A DNA stretch of 63,986 bases, the filler included, from Collodictyon triciliatum (lineage: Eukaryota), in assembly GCA_043381765.1 (NCBI GenBank). It is 6 parts of 6 records of this genome, joined end to end, with 100 filler letters (N's around TTAATTAATTAA, not from the genome) between each part and the next. Parts side by side here need not be neighbours in the genome. Positions count along the whole stretch, not along the records: positions 1 to 31,585 come from JBHJMP010000150.1; 5 more parts are not named here. The stretch is one strand, 5' to 3'. The translations under genes and the position numbers were made by a program. Numbering within the stretch: the first letter of the stretch is position 1; every line of letters begins with the position of its first letter. Below are positions 13,320-24,624 of this stretch, piece after piece. The notes under the pieces are model-generated. The model saw only the letters and a list, made by a program, of their open reading frames with translations. It did no database searches and had not been told where the DNA came from.

Positions 13320-13967
13320 ACCCACTGGCTATCCTTTTTTTTTCCTTTCCCCTTCTCTCCCTTTTCCCCCTCTTTCTTTCATTTCTTTTTTGGATTCATT
13401 TCAACAGTTCATTGAGAGAGAACAAAGCCGAGGAATCACCTTCTCCATTTCCACGTTCTTTCATATCTGGATTCTAAATTGCCCTGCTGTTATACCTTGC
13501 ATCCTTTGCGCGTCCTTTGCGCACCCTCGACACCCTTTGGCTTTATCCAACTTCTGAGTCAGCATACTTTACTTTGAGTCCGTTCATAATGCCTCTACTG
13601 CGATCTGGGACGTCTGTTTGTGTTCATGCAATAGCCCTGTCTCTCAATTACCGCACAGCCAGGTTCTCTTCTATCCTTGAGCTTCTTGGTTTGCATCCAA
13701 GCATGAGGAGGTTGGGTTGTTTCCTTAATCACGCAAAGTCTTCCTCAAAGCACTTCTTGCCCGACTACGCATACTCATGTCCCTTTCATTTTACTTTATA
13801 TATTAAAATGCAAGTGACAACTCACCCGCCCAACCACCACTGCATCTGAAATACTTCATGGGATGCTAAAGGGGAACTGAACAAAGAATAAATAATAATA
13901 ATAATAATGATGATAATTACACCTAGCGAAAGTTATATTTTTTTCTTCATGAAAAAAAAAAAGTCAT

Positions 13968-14679
13968 TTTCTCGCCAAGAATCATTTCATGTCATGTCTG
14001 TGCGGGACTGGCGAATAAGTTTGAATCAAACCTTGGATTGAGAACGTGCGGCAAAAGCTGGCAAAGACTCCCAACAATGCACACATTGCAGCAACAGTGA
14101 TGAATCCATTGAGCACACATTTATGCAATGCCACTGCGCTCAAAATCAGCATAAAAAAAACAGCCGGCGAGATTCTTCGACTGACACTCAAGACGGCTGC
14201 GGCTGTTTGCCCAATCCAGGCGATATTTAGACCTCTGCAACAGCTGCGTCCAGAGGCAAAAACATTCTGGGCAGTGACGCGAGGCCATCTGCTATGGACT
14301 ATGTGGATAGCGCGCATATACTCACGCAAAGCAAGACTCAGCAACCAGCCACCCATTCCTGATAACAGGCTGGATGACATCATATAAATATCTTTCCTCA
14401 ACAGCTTCCTTCGCCACCTCCTCGCGTTCTCTTTTACTCAGACCCTGTGAGAAGAAACATGTGGAAAGAAGCTGAGAAGGATATTAAACCTCGCCTTGTA
14501 TCTCTCATGCAAACACAAGACCCAGGCTATTGGCCTAACCGCAGGATGCAATTGCTGAATACCGACTACTTCTCCACCACTCGGCCACCAAGTAGCGTCC
14601 ATGCAAACGATGGCTATCGAACCAAAGCCAATATCTCCACCATCCTGCACAAAATTGAAAGGAATTATGAAAAAAAAAA
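13968..14679 (+). mobile_element. 5'-truncated, decayed L1/Tx1-like LINE (family A), ORF2 C-terminus plus poly(A)
   Basis: CTHCSNSDESIEHTFMQC at 14078-14131 (zf-RVT-type CCHC finger), LLWTMWIAR motif, frameshifts, 3' A-tract; imperfect TSD ATGAAAAAAAAAAAGTCAT / ATGAAAAAAAAAATGACAT. Confidence 0.85.
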
Positions 14680-14844
14680 TGACATAGCTCAATCAGTTCG
14701 GGGTTTATTCTTTTAGTGGGACATTCTGCCGGGAAAAAGCGATGCAGTGCTACGAATAAGCTTAGAAGCTGTTGAACCTAATTTATTGTTATTTATTTAA
14801 AGACATGAAGAGTATATTGCATGAATTAATATTACTAACCGATC

Positions 14845-15863
14845 TTAACTAATCGCTTTCTGTTTCCAAACAATAGCCTTTTCGATGTCCTTCTCTACAC
14901 CCCACCCATTCTCGTAGTATTCGGCAACAATGAGGGTAGCTGATGGATATTTATATCCAGCATAATCATTTATTTCAGCCATTTCTTTCAAAACATCGAA
15001 TACTGCGTTTGAGCCTTGTTGAGCTAGTTGTCTTAATCTTTCGAAAGTTTCTTCCTTACCAAACCATGCTATCACTTTCTCATCGTCCTTCTCAACTCCC
15101 CATCCATTTTCATAGCATTCGGCAACAATAGGAATGGCCTGCATATATTTTTTATTTTTCGCCACAGTCTTTCATTTCGGCCATTTCCCCCAAAAGATTG
15201 AAGGCATCTTTTGAACCTCGTTGTGCTAAGTTTCTCAGTTCGCCAAAATCCAATGAGAGCTTAGGAAAGGCTATACATCTCCAATAATATGCCTTTTTGG
15301 TATCTTTCTCAACAACCCAGCCATTATTATAGCACTCGGCCATCATTTGAGCATGAAGTCTGGTAAACTTACTCTGCTCACAATAAACAGCAAACAAAGA
15401 GTCAAAAGAAACAGCACCAATCGATAACAAGAGAAAGTGATTGAATTTACTCAATCCTTTCACGTCTCTAATTCGAATATTTTCACCTTCCAACTTTCTT
15501 GAGCCGATGACCTGGACTGTCTTCAAATATTCTATTTTGTCCATATCAATCAATTTCATTAGATCACTTATTTCGTTGAATACTGCTATGATTTCTTCTG
15601 GTCTATCTTTCATGACCAATTGACTCTTCTCATTGTATATCACTCTTGATTTTTTAAAAGGGTGCGTAGGCACACACCCAGCACACATTCCAAATATATA
15701 TTAAACTATCATCACTTCCAAAAGCCAACCACTTTTCACCATTCGGTCCTTGAGTACTGCAAATAGTTTTTACACGGCCGTCATGTCCGTCTAAGGCTTT
15801 AATTTTGTTTCCTATGGTTACAAGCCAAATACAGATTGTTTTGTTATTATTTCCAGAGGCCAA
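14845..15863 (-). pseudogene. Intronless WD40 + Sel1-like repeat pseudogene
   Basis: LASG..KTICIW..LDGHDGRV..GSDDSLIYIW and GVCLRTL (WD40), then three AE(C/Y)YxNGWxVEKD (Sel1-like) units; at least 3 frameshifts. Confidence 0.75.
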
Positions 15864-15959
15864 TCCCCTTTGATTTTGCAAAAAAACCACGATTCCCCTT
15901 TGATTTTGCAAAAAAAACCACACGAAACGCACAAGAGCTAGGTGCCTCAACTTGACGAC

Positions 15960-16249
15960 GAGAATGGGTCTATGAGCATTACCGAACGTGACCGGTGGAG
16001 CGAGCAGCGGGGCTGCGGGAGAAGGGACTCTACCCGGCCGGCTGCGTGGTGCGCCTTGTGGACGAGTACACTGAGACACTGACACACGCCACACGCCTGC
16101 GTCTGCTGGAGCAGCTGTGCGAAGTACACCGCACCCGCGAGTGCGCCACTGAGGGCGTTGTGCTGCTGGCATCCGACCTGTCGAGCGGCCTGGGCCTTGC
16201 GTACCCCCGCAGGGAGACGGCCGAGCGCTTTGCCCCACAACAAAGGCGA
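15960..16249 (+). pseudogene. GC-rich coding-like fragment with in-frame TGA, cut by a gap
   Basis: REWVYEHYRT*PVERAAGLREKGLYPAGCVVRLVDEY...; GC-rich codon pattern, no family recognised. Confidence 0.3.
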
Positions 16250-16816
16250 NNNNNNNNNNNNNNNNNNNNNNNNNNNNNNNNNNNNNNNNNNNNNNNNNNN
16301 NNNNNNNNNNNNNNNNNNNNNNNNNNNNNNNNNNNNNNNNNNNNNNNNNTTTATTTTGTTTTATTTTGTTTTATTTTGTTTTATTTTGTTTTATTTTGTT
16401 TTATTTTGTTTTATTTTGTTTTATTTTGTTTTATTTTGTTTTATTTTGTTTTGTTTTAGTTTTTGCTTCGTTTTTCTGTCGTCCGCAAGTGGCGTGAGTG
16501 TGAGCAAATATGGATGGATAAACCCAGAAAATGGTGATGTTTTGCAACCGGATTAAAATTTCCAGATTCGGTGTATTTTTTCCACATTGAACCTCCAGCT
16601 GGTGGGTTTGCTAGGGTGCAAGACGCCTCCAGGGGTTGGTGTGCGGGGATGCTATTTTGCAAGCCTGTGTGCTGCTTGCATAATCTGGTATAATAGTGGC
16701 AGATACTTGGCAGCAAGAATTAGTTCAATCATAAGTAGATGTAAAAAGCTGTTCTGGATACAATGTGGTTTGGGGGACGCTGGCTTACGTATGCCAATCT
16801 TTTGAACAGAAAAACA

Positions 16817-16861
16817 TTGACATGTTTTTTTTTTCCTTTATTCGATACTAAGGTTGACATG
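16817..16861 (-). mobile_element. LINE family B 3' stub (29 bp) with 8-bp TSD
   Basis: TTGACATG at 16817-16824 and 16854-16861 flanks the reverse complement of CCTTAGTATCGAATAAAGG(A)10. Confidence 0.7.
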
Positions 16862-17592
16862 GTTCTTGATTAGGGGATGGCGAGAGAGGAATCCGAGTTT
16901 CTGAGGCACCGCTATTTTGAAGACCAAAGTCTATGGATCTGCTTCCCTTCTATGAACCTACATAATTGGTGGATAATATTTAATAGGAATTCCAGACAAA
17001 TGAACGGCCTGGAGCACACAAGGAGCTTACATTTTTTCTTTTTTTTTTTTATGAATTGTGGCTTGTAAGGTGGCTCTGGGGTTGATGGGGGATTCTCTGG
17101 TCTGCTCTGTTGTGACATGAGCCTCAAGACATATTTTTATTGCGGTTTTTATTTGTTGGCGCTGAATCCGCCATCTTTCTTGGAGCCATGAAGAGGAAGA
17201 GGGAGAAAGGGCGAAGCTCATAGATGGGCAGAACAGGGCACACTTGAATGTCAGAATGATTTGTGAACGAATGCTTAAGGACTAGATACATAGGGAGCGC
17301 AAGGATTTCGTGAGATGAAAAAGCGAATAATGAAATTCAAAGACAAGGCATGAGAGCAAAACCAAAGGCCAGTGGTGCAAGGCATCTCTGACGACAAAGA
17401 GCGCTCGCAACAAAAGACCATCCCCAGAATAAGAGAGAAATATATATATATATTTAAAAAAGAAAAGAGAGAGAAGAATAGAAAAGAGAAAGAAAAATGG
17501 AAGAATTATGATAAGATAGAAAAAAAGAGTTCGGGGAATAGAAAGATAGCATGCTCTGGCTGTCTAGAGCAAAAACAAAGAAGCCTCCTTAC

Positions 17593-18659
17593 AGGCGAGC
17601 TGAGTGCGGAGTCTGGCAACCTCGGCCTGGAGCACCCTGATTGCCGCAAGCGAGTCGGTCAGCAGCGTCAGGCGGTCGGCGCGCGAGTCCTCCGGCAGCT
17701 GCAGGGCCTGCGCAAGATTCCCGAAGCGGTCGTTCAGCNNNNNNNNNNNNNNNNNNNNNNNNNNNNNNNNNNNNNNNNNNNNNNNNNNNNNNNNNNNNNN
17801 NNNNNNNNNNNNNNNNNNNNNNNNNNNNNNNNNNNNNNNNNNNNNNNNNNNNNNNNNNNNNNNNNNNNNNNNNNNNNNNNNNNNNNNNNNNNNNNNNNNN
17901 NNNNNNNNNNNNNNNNNNNNNNNNNNNNNNNNNNNNNNNNNNNNNNNNNNNNNNNNNNNNNNNNNNNNNNNNNNNNNNNNNNNNNNNNNNNNNNNNNNNN
18001 NNNNNNNNNNNNNNNNNNNNNNNNNNNNNNNNNNNNNNNNNNNNNNNNNNNNNNNNNNNNNNNNNNNNNNNNNNNNNNNNNNNNNNNNNNNNNNNNNNNN
18101 NNNNNNNNNNNNNNNNNNNNNNNNNNNNNNNNNNNNNNNNNNNNNNNNNNNNNNNNNNNNNNNNNNNNNNNNNNNNNNNNNNNNNNNNNNNNNNNNNNNN
18201 NNNNNNNNNNNNNNNNNNNNNNNNNNNNNNNNNNNNNNNNNNNNNNNNNNNNNNNNNNNNGGTGGCTGTGGTGCTGTTGTGCGTGTGGTCAAGGGGCTTA
18301 TCCTCGGCAGGCGAGCAGGTGGACAAAGGGGAGCGGGAAGAGCCGGTGAGGGGCTCCGAGTATAGATGCTGATCAAAGGCGTTGTGGCTGTGGCTGTGGC
18401 TGTAATCGAGGTCCTGCGGTGCACAGCCGGCCTGCAGGACATCCTGCCACACGTGCTCATAGCCGACATCGGCCCCGCCGTCGTGGGTGTGGGGCAGCGG
18501 GAGGACCCCTGCGGTGTGGAGCGACGGCGACTGCAGGAAGTGCGGCATGCGCATCCGCGGCGGGACGGGGCCGCTGCTGGCGTGGTCGGGCGGGGCGCTG
18601 GAGGTCAGCAGCGTGGAGAGTGGGGCGGCGCTGTAGAAGTCGAAGCTGTCTGGGGCCAT
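17593..18659 (-). CDS. bHLH transcription factor; basic region in the N gap, downstream exons unresolved
   Basis: LNDRFGNLAQAL...RADRLTLLTDSLAAIRVLQAEVARL is helix1-loop-helix2 plus coiled coil; GTAAGG donor at 17592. Confidence 0.75.
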
Positions 18660-20050
18660 CGTCTGCTCTCTGGCTGGTGGGCTTCTCTCTCTCTCTCTCT
18701 CTCTGTCTGTGTGTGGTTGGTTGGTCGGTCAGTTTGCGTTATTGGTGAGGCTTCACTCGTATTTTACGCGATTAGTCTTCCTCCTACTCCCCCTCCTCTT
18801 CCTCCTGTTCTTGATGCAGTGGCGATTGTGCGCTTGGCCTTATCCTGTCGTGCGCTGCTCTGCGCAATTGCGCCGTGATGCTTCCATGGAATATATAGCA
18901 AAAGTGCTGCGGTTTTCTTGTGTGGGTATTTATACGTTTCCGGTGTCAGAATCCATCCGGTGACTTTGAATGTGCGAGTTATTATATACATATGATTTAT
19001 GCTATTGCGTCATATTTTTGTTTGCTCATATATGTGTGTCCATTCTTCTGGGCTTCTTGTTCGAATGAATAGCGGTTACTAGTAAATATGTGCTCTTTGG
19101 GCATTTTGATTATATGCAAAACAAATGTTCCGCCCATTTTCTGAATGTGTGGGAAGTTAAAAGTTGCCATTTATTCCACTTTAGGTATGAAGATATAGCC
19201 TGTTAAGGGACAGCCAGCGCGTGCATCGTGCGCATTATACATTTATGGATAAATCCTCACATTTATTATGTACATATTAAGAACATTTTCGCCCAAAGTG
19301 GCACTCGCTCGTTCCTGTGGGTCTTCCTCACGAGCACACTTCCAAATGGGTTTTCTATAATTGGGAGTTGCCCGTGTCGGTTTCTCCTTAAAAAAACCAA
19401 TATTCCAAATATGTTTAAGTGGCGCATGCGTACGGTATTCAGGTTCTTTATGCACAGTTCTGATATTCTCTGGAATCTTCTAGAAGATTCTGCCCCTTAG
19501 GAGGCAAAATGAGATATTATAAATTATATATATTGTATGTATTATATTATAAAATAAAAAATTAAAGTTACAATAGAGAAAATTATAATTATATTATATA
19601 ATTTCCACAAATAGGAGAATCAACGGGTGTTTTCTCTTCCTCTCTTTCCTTTGTACTTCTCCAAGGCATCCAAGATGAAAGCCACCACCCAAGATGCCGT
19701 CGCCCCCGACAAAGGCTCTCTCTGTGAAAGTGACTAGCCGACTTGATCTTTTTCACCTCGAGAGAATACCACCATAAACACGAGGGACTAAACTGTGCTT
19801 CACAGATCATCTTAGCCAACTTTTTTTTTCTATTCTCTTTTTTAATGATCTGGGAAAAAAAGCTGTGGATCCTTTGATCTTTTTTTTTTTTAACTCTTAC
19901 TTTATTTTGTAAACTTTTTTCTATTGTTTTACTTTTTTCTCTCCTTATTAACTTTTTTTTCTTTAGTTATCTATTTCATTTTCTTAAGTCCAAACAAGGG
20001 CGCCTAAAACCCTCTTTATAGCCGACAAACGAGATAGGAAACCCCCGAGA

Positions 20051-20955
20051 ATGATGCGTACCGGAAACCGCCCTCCCTTCGACATCGCAGACACAGTCAA
20101 CAAACTCAGAAAGGAATACGAGTCGCTCTCCAAAGAAACTTCTCAGTTCAAAGCGCAACGAGACGACTACGAGCGCAAATGTTTGCTTCCAATATCTAAC
20201 CGAAACACAGTTATTTTTTTCTTCTTGGGAGACACCAACACGCATAAAAGTTAACCACACTTCTTCCTTTTTTGCCCCCTTATTGCACATACATTTCCCT
20301 TCTTGATCTAATCCCCTGCTTCTCTCTTTCCTCTTTGTTATGGTTATCGCCCTCGGATTCCTTCTATCTATATCGTTGAATCGTATAATACATATATCGA
20401 AATAGTAATTAATCAGATTTCAGTTTTATGTTGGCATCAATTCAGTATTGTCTCTCAAAAAAATTATTTATGAAGCTTCCTTGTCGGACAAGTGTTAGCT
20501 TTTAATAATATCGCATTTCTGCTATAATCATTTGATATAGTCCACGCCCAGTTGAGCATGATAAGTTCCTTGAACCAGGCTGTTTCAGATTTAGAGAGAG
20601 CCCATAAGCGCATTAAGCTCCAGTTTGACTTGTCTTTATAGTTGATATTAATCTCCCTTATCTCTATTTTAAAGATAAAGTGGTTAAATTGGAGTGGTTC
20701 TAATTTCCAAAGACTGAAAAACGAAGACACATTCATTCCAAAATGGATCAAACATGTATTCTACGAGAAAATAATTACATTCTCAATTCATTAATCATTC
20801 AGGTATGAAGAAGAGCTATCAAAAGCGAAGAAGGGTGAATATGAGAAGCACTCAGAAAACACTACAAAGGATGCAAATTCTGGTAATATTTCTGTCCCTG
20901 AGCTTTGTCGTACGAACACTAAATAATGGTTGAAATTACATTGAAAAGCAAAGAA

Positions 20956-21028
<73 letters not shown>

Positions 21029-22304
21029 CCAAAAAAAAAAAAAAACAAGAATCTACAAGAAATTTAAGCACCAAAACACATGAGATTTATTTATATGATA
21101 ACTCATAACTTAAATTTAGAAAATATCGATAAAGGAAAAACTTAAATTTAGAAAATCAAATTAATCATATGACTCATAACCTCGCTGCACTTTGAATTGA
21201 ATAAAGGAAAAAAATCAATCACATGACTCCATTGACTGTCTTATTTAGTTAAAACTTCAAGAGAACATGAGGCTTCACAGTCTGGATTCGCCTCTACGCC
21301 TACAAGGGACCCATGTATGGTTGCTTAATTTTAGACATGATGCTTGTGATAATTTTTGAAATGTCGATGATTGAAATGTTGATATTTGAAATATTTCTAC
21401 TCTACTAAGAGTTCATTTATATATCTTCTTGTTCGTTAATTTCATTCATTTCTTATTGAATTTCCAATCGAAAAAATTGTTAGCCCTGGCAGGATCCGAC
21501 AAGTATAAAGATGGGGCCATTCCCACCATTCAAAGCAACCCTACAGGAATCCAAGCTTATCAAACAAATACCCAAGGACAACTGTCGTCGGTACCTCAAT
21601 CTCAACAGCACGGTCAACTGAATCATATGAGCCAAATGGGGCAAATGAATTCTATGGGTCCAATGGGAGCCATGAATCCGATGAACCCGATGGGACAAAT
21701 GGGTCAGCTAGGTCAGATGGGGCATATAAGCTCGATGAATCCCATGAATCATATGAATCCGATGGCCCAGATGGGTCAAGTAGGGCAGATGGGGCAGATG
21801 GGACAAATGAATCAAATGGGGCAGATGGGCCAGGTTAACCCGATGAACCAGATGAGTCTCATGAGCCACATGGCTCAAATGAACCAGATGGGCGGATTAG
21901 GTCCTATGGGCCAAATGCCCCAACTTGGAGGGCACATTGGACAAATGGGACAAATGGGACAAATGGGACAAATGGGACAAATGGGACAAATGGGACAAAT
22001 GGGACAAATGGGACAAATGGGACAGATGGGACAAATGGGACAAATGAATCCTATGGGCCAAATGAACCCCATGAATCCGATGAGCGCTATGAGTGGGATG
22101 AGTTCGATGGGAGGTATGGGTTCTATGAACCCAATCAACACATTCAATCAGATGGGGCCCATGGGTCAAATGAATCCTATGAATGCTTCTCAGAACGTAC
22201 CCGGAGGCCCTCTGTCAGGCCCCAATATGCCTATGCAGCATTCGATGAACCCGCAAGGGCAAGGAGGGCACGGGTCTCAAAATCCTTATGGGAAGCGACT
22301 CTGA
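20051..22304 (+). CDS. Tup1 N-terminal (Tup_N) domain protein with Met/Gly/Gln-rich C-terminus and no WD40; ~392 aa, 5 exons
   Basis: Exons 20051-20180, 20541-20622, 20803-20882, 21249-21314 and 21484-22304 splice in phase. KLRKEYESLSKETSQFKAQRDDYERKFHAQL...DLERAHKRIKLQYEEEL resembles the Tup1/TupA N-terminal helix. Confidence 0.8.
21107..21156 (+). mobile_element. LINE family B 3' stub (14 bp) with 18-bp TSD
   Basis: AACTTAAATTTAGAAAAT at 21107-21124 and 21139-21156 flanks ATCGATAAAGGAAA. Confidence 0.7.
21158..21229 (+). mobile_element. LINE family B 3' stub (36 bp) with 18-bp TSD (2 mismatches)
   Basis: AAATTAATCATATGACTC / AAATCAATCACATGACTC flank ATAACCTCGCTGCACTTTGAATTGAATAAAGGAAAA, which matches the copy at 23192-23230. 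Confidence 0.85.
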
Positions 22305-23176
22305 TGAACAGAAACTGGACAAAAATCAATATTCTCGAAATTGAATGACTTAGGTTTCTATCTTGATAGAGTCATCAACTATAAAGTGCCATTTTATTCG
22401 TCGTATATCATTGTTTACTTTATTACTTGAGTGTTTAACTATTTGATAAACTGCTCAAAAATCATTCCACTTCCAACGCCCACAGAGACAGCGACGGTAC
22501 TTCGCTCTATGTTGTGAAGAGCCCCATTTATTCTCGAATATCTAATGGAAACGAACTCCACGGTCTGTGACGTCCACATCCTGTCGTACCTCAACAGCTG
22601 CAGCCTTCGTTCAAAACGATTGATATCTGTTTCTCCTTATTCTCTTGTCTCCTGCTTCATTTACTTTTGAGCCTCTGGCACTCCATACTTGCAAAATGGA
22701 CAATCATATACACTTTTTTCTTTTTGCAGCGCCACAAATCATTCTGCTTGGCCATTTCTCACACATATTTCCACTCTCTTTCTCTAATCTAACATGCCTA
22801 TTATGCTAGGTCGAGATGGACAAATAAAAGATAATGAAATAAGATAAAAAAATTTACTCTATTTTCCTCTTTAACTATTGTAACGACTTATGTGATTGAA
22901 TCAGAGTATACCAGGGTCTGACATCCTATTTGACGCTCGATTCCAAACGACCCACGATTCTAGAGCACTCTGGACAGTCGCAAGGGGATATATGCTGTAG
23001 TTTTTATAGTGTGTGCGTGCATTCTCTCGCTCCTGTGCCTCGAATGAGCTAGAATCGATGCATCAAGGCTGGAAAGCCTCGCACAACACAGCTTCTTGGA
23101 CAGCTTGCTGAAAAACGCCCGCATTCTTTGTTACTCTGTCCGCAAGCGAAGAGAGATGTAGCAAAATATCGTGGGA

Positions 23177-23448
23177 TATCTTTCGAAACATTTTTTCCCC
23201 TTTATTCGATTCAAAGTGCAGCGAGGCTGTGCCATACAAGGGGCGAGATAGGTGCGCATGGTAGAGAGCAAACGATAGTAGGAGAAGACACTACTGTGTA
23301 GAGGCAAGCACTGGAAATAAATCAATGATAGCGAGTTGGTCAGGCGGGCGTCCCTACTAGTTGATTGGTTGCGTGGGCAGCATGGGTTGGATATGCTGTG
23401 GGAGATATCGCACGACACATTCCCACATTTATCTACCTGTCGAAACAT
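23177..23448 (-). mobile_element. LINE family B 3' fragment (242 bp) with 15-bp TSD
   Basis: TSD ATGTTTCGACAGGTA / ATGTTTCGAAAGATA on the minus strand; ends CTGCACTTTGAATCGAATAAAGGGG(A)n; residual ORF aligns without gaps to the family A ORF2 tail. Confidence 0.8.
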
Positions 23449-24099
23449 ATCCAACTGCTGCTGCCCACACAGCCAATCAGCTAGTAGGGCCAACCGCCTG
23501 ACATACTCACCATCGCTAATATCTCTCCAGGGATACCATTTACTTCACTTATCTTGTCTGTATCTGTTTTCTTCCATGCCCTCCTATCTTCTTGATGCAT
23601 GACTTAATCCTCTTAGCACCTTGAATCCAACAAAGGAAAACAAAGAAACAAACACGTAATTAAGTCACCAGTGCATAAGGCGATAGTTATGACCCATCAG
23701 AACACTACCCAGTGAATCCAGAATCAACCACCAATACAGGAGAGACGCCGACTGGGCTGTGCAGCGATATTCCTTCCTTCAGCCTAGGAGGGCCAACATC
23801 TCTCGCGCCTTACTCTCTATGCTTCCTCGTGCCCTCGTTTGTGGCCAAACAGATTCAAGCCCAAAGCCATCCAACGCACATGATTACGTAATTCCGCTCG
23901 CCCATATCTACGATCAAACTTGTTCGCCACAGGTTGGGCGGTAAATCAAAGGCCCTTGGGGTCAAGGCAGCTGCGTCGTGGTAGTTTGCAATCGCTCTTC
24001 CTGGCCGTAGACACCGTGATAACGATCCAAGAGAGCGCACAGGAAGTTCCCTCGCAAAGTACAAGTATGAGAGGGAAAAAAAGAAAAAAAGAAAAAAAG

Positions 24100-24197
<98 letters not shown>

Positions 24198-24539
24198 AAA
24201 AAAGAAAAAAAGAAAAAAAGAAAAAAAGAAAAAAAGAAAANNNNNNNNNNNNNNNNNNNNNNNNNNNNNNNNNNNNNNNNNNNNNNNNNNNNNNNNNNNN
24301 NNNNNNNNNNNNNNNNNNNNNNNNNNNNNNNNNNNNNNNNAAAAAGAAAAAAAAAAAAAAAAAGAAAAAAAAGAAAAAAAAGAAAAAAAAGAAAAAAAAG
24401 AAAAAAAAGAAAAAAAGAAAAAAGAAAAAAGAAAAAAAAGAAAAATAGGGAAAAAAGAACAAATAAAATCAAACAAAAAGATAGAGCGTATTTTTAGATT
24501 CACACCCTTGAGTTGACGCCTACTTATCATATCCTCCAT
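23437..24539 (-). CDS. Hypothetical protein, 5' exons; further exons (possibly to ~22440) unresolved
   Basis: Four phase-compatible exons give MEDMIRRAIANYHDAAALTPRAFDLPPNLWRTSLIVDMGERNYSASLLYWWLILDSLGSVLMGHNYRLMHWRLALLADWLCGQQQLDMFRQ. Start lies 85 bp head-to-head with the amidase. No homology recognised. Confidence 0.4.
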
Positions 24540-24624
24540 CTACTCAGATGAACAGTTTAGTCCCATCCTTTATGGACAATCATAAGCCTTTTCTTTCTAA
24601 AGCGTTCATATACCAGAGCCGATC

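Noticed and set aside
15150-15165. +1 frameshift at AAA-TAA in the Sel1-like ORF, resembling Euplotes programmed frameshifting
   Set aside because: The same gene has other frameshifts without this motif and no other gene in the window needs one. Decay or a homopolymer error is simpler.
20930-21050. TTGAAAAGCAAAGAAC followed by long poly(A), possibly a decayed family A stub
   Set aside because: Weak similarity and no convincing TSD.
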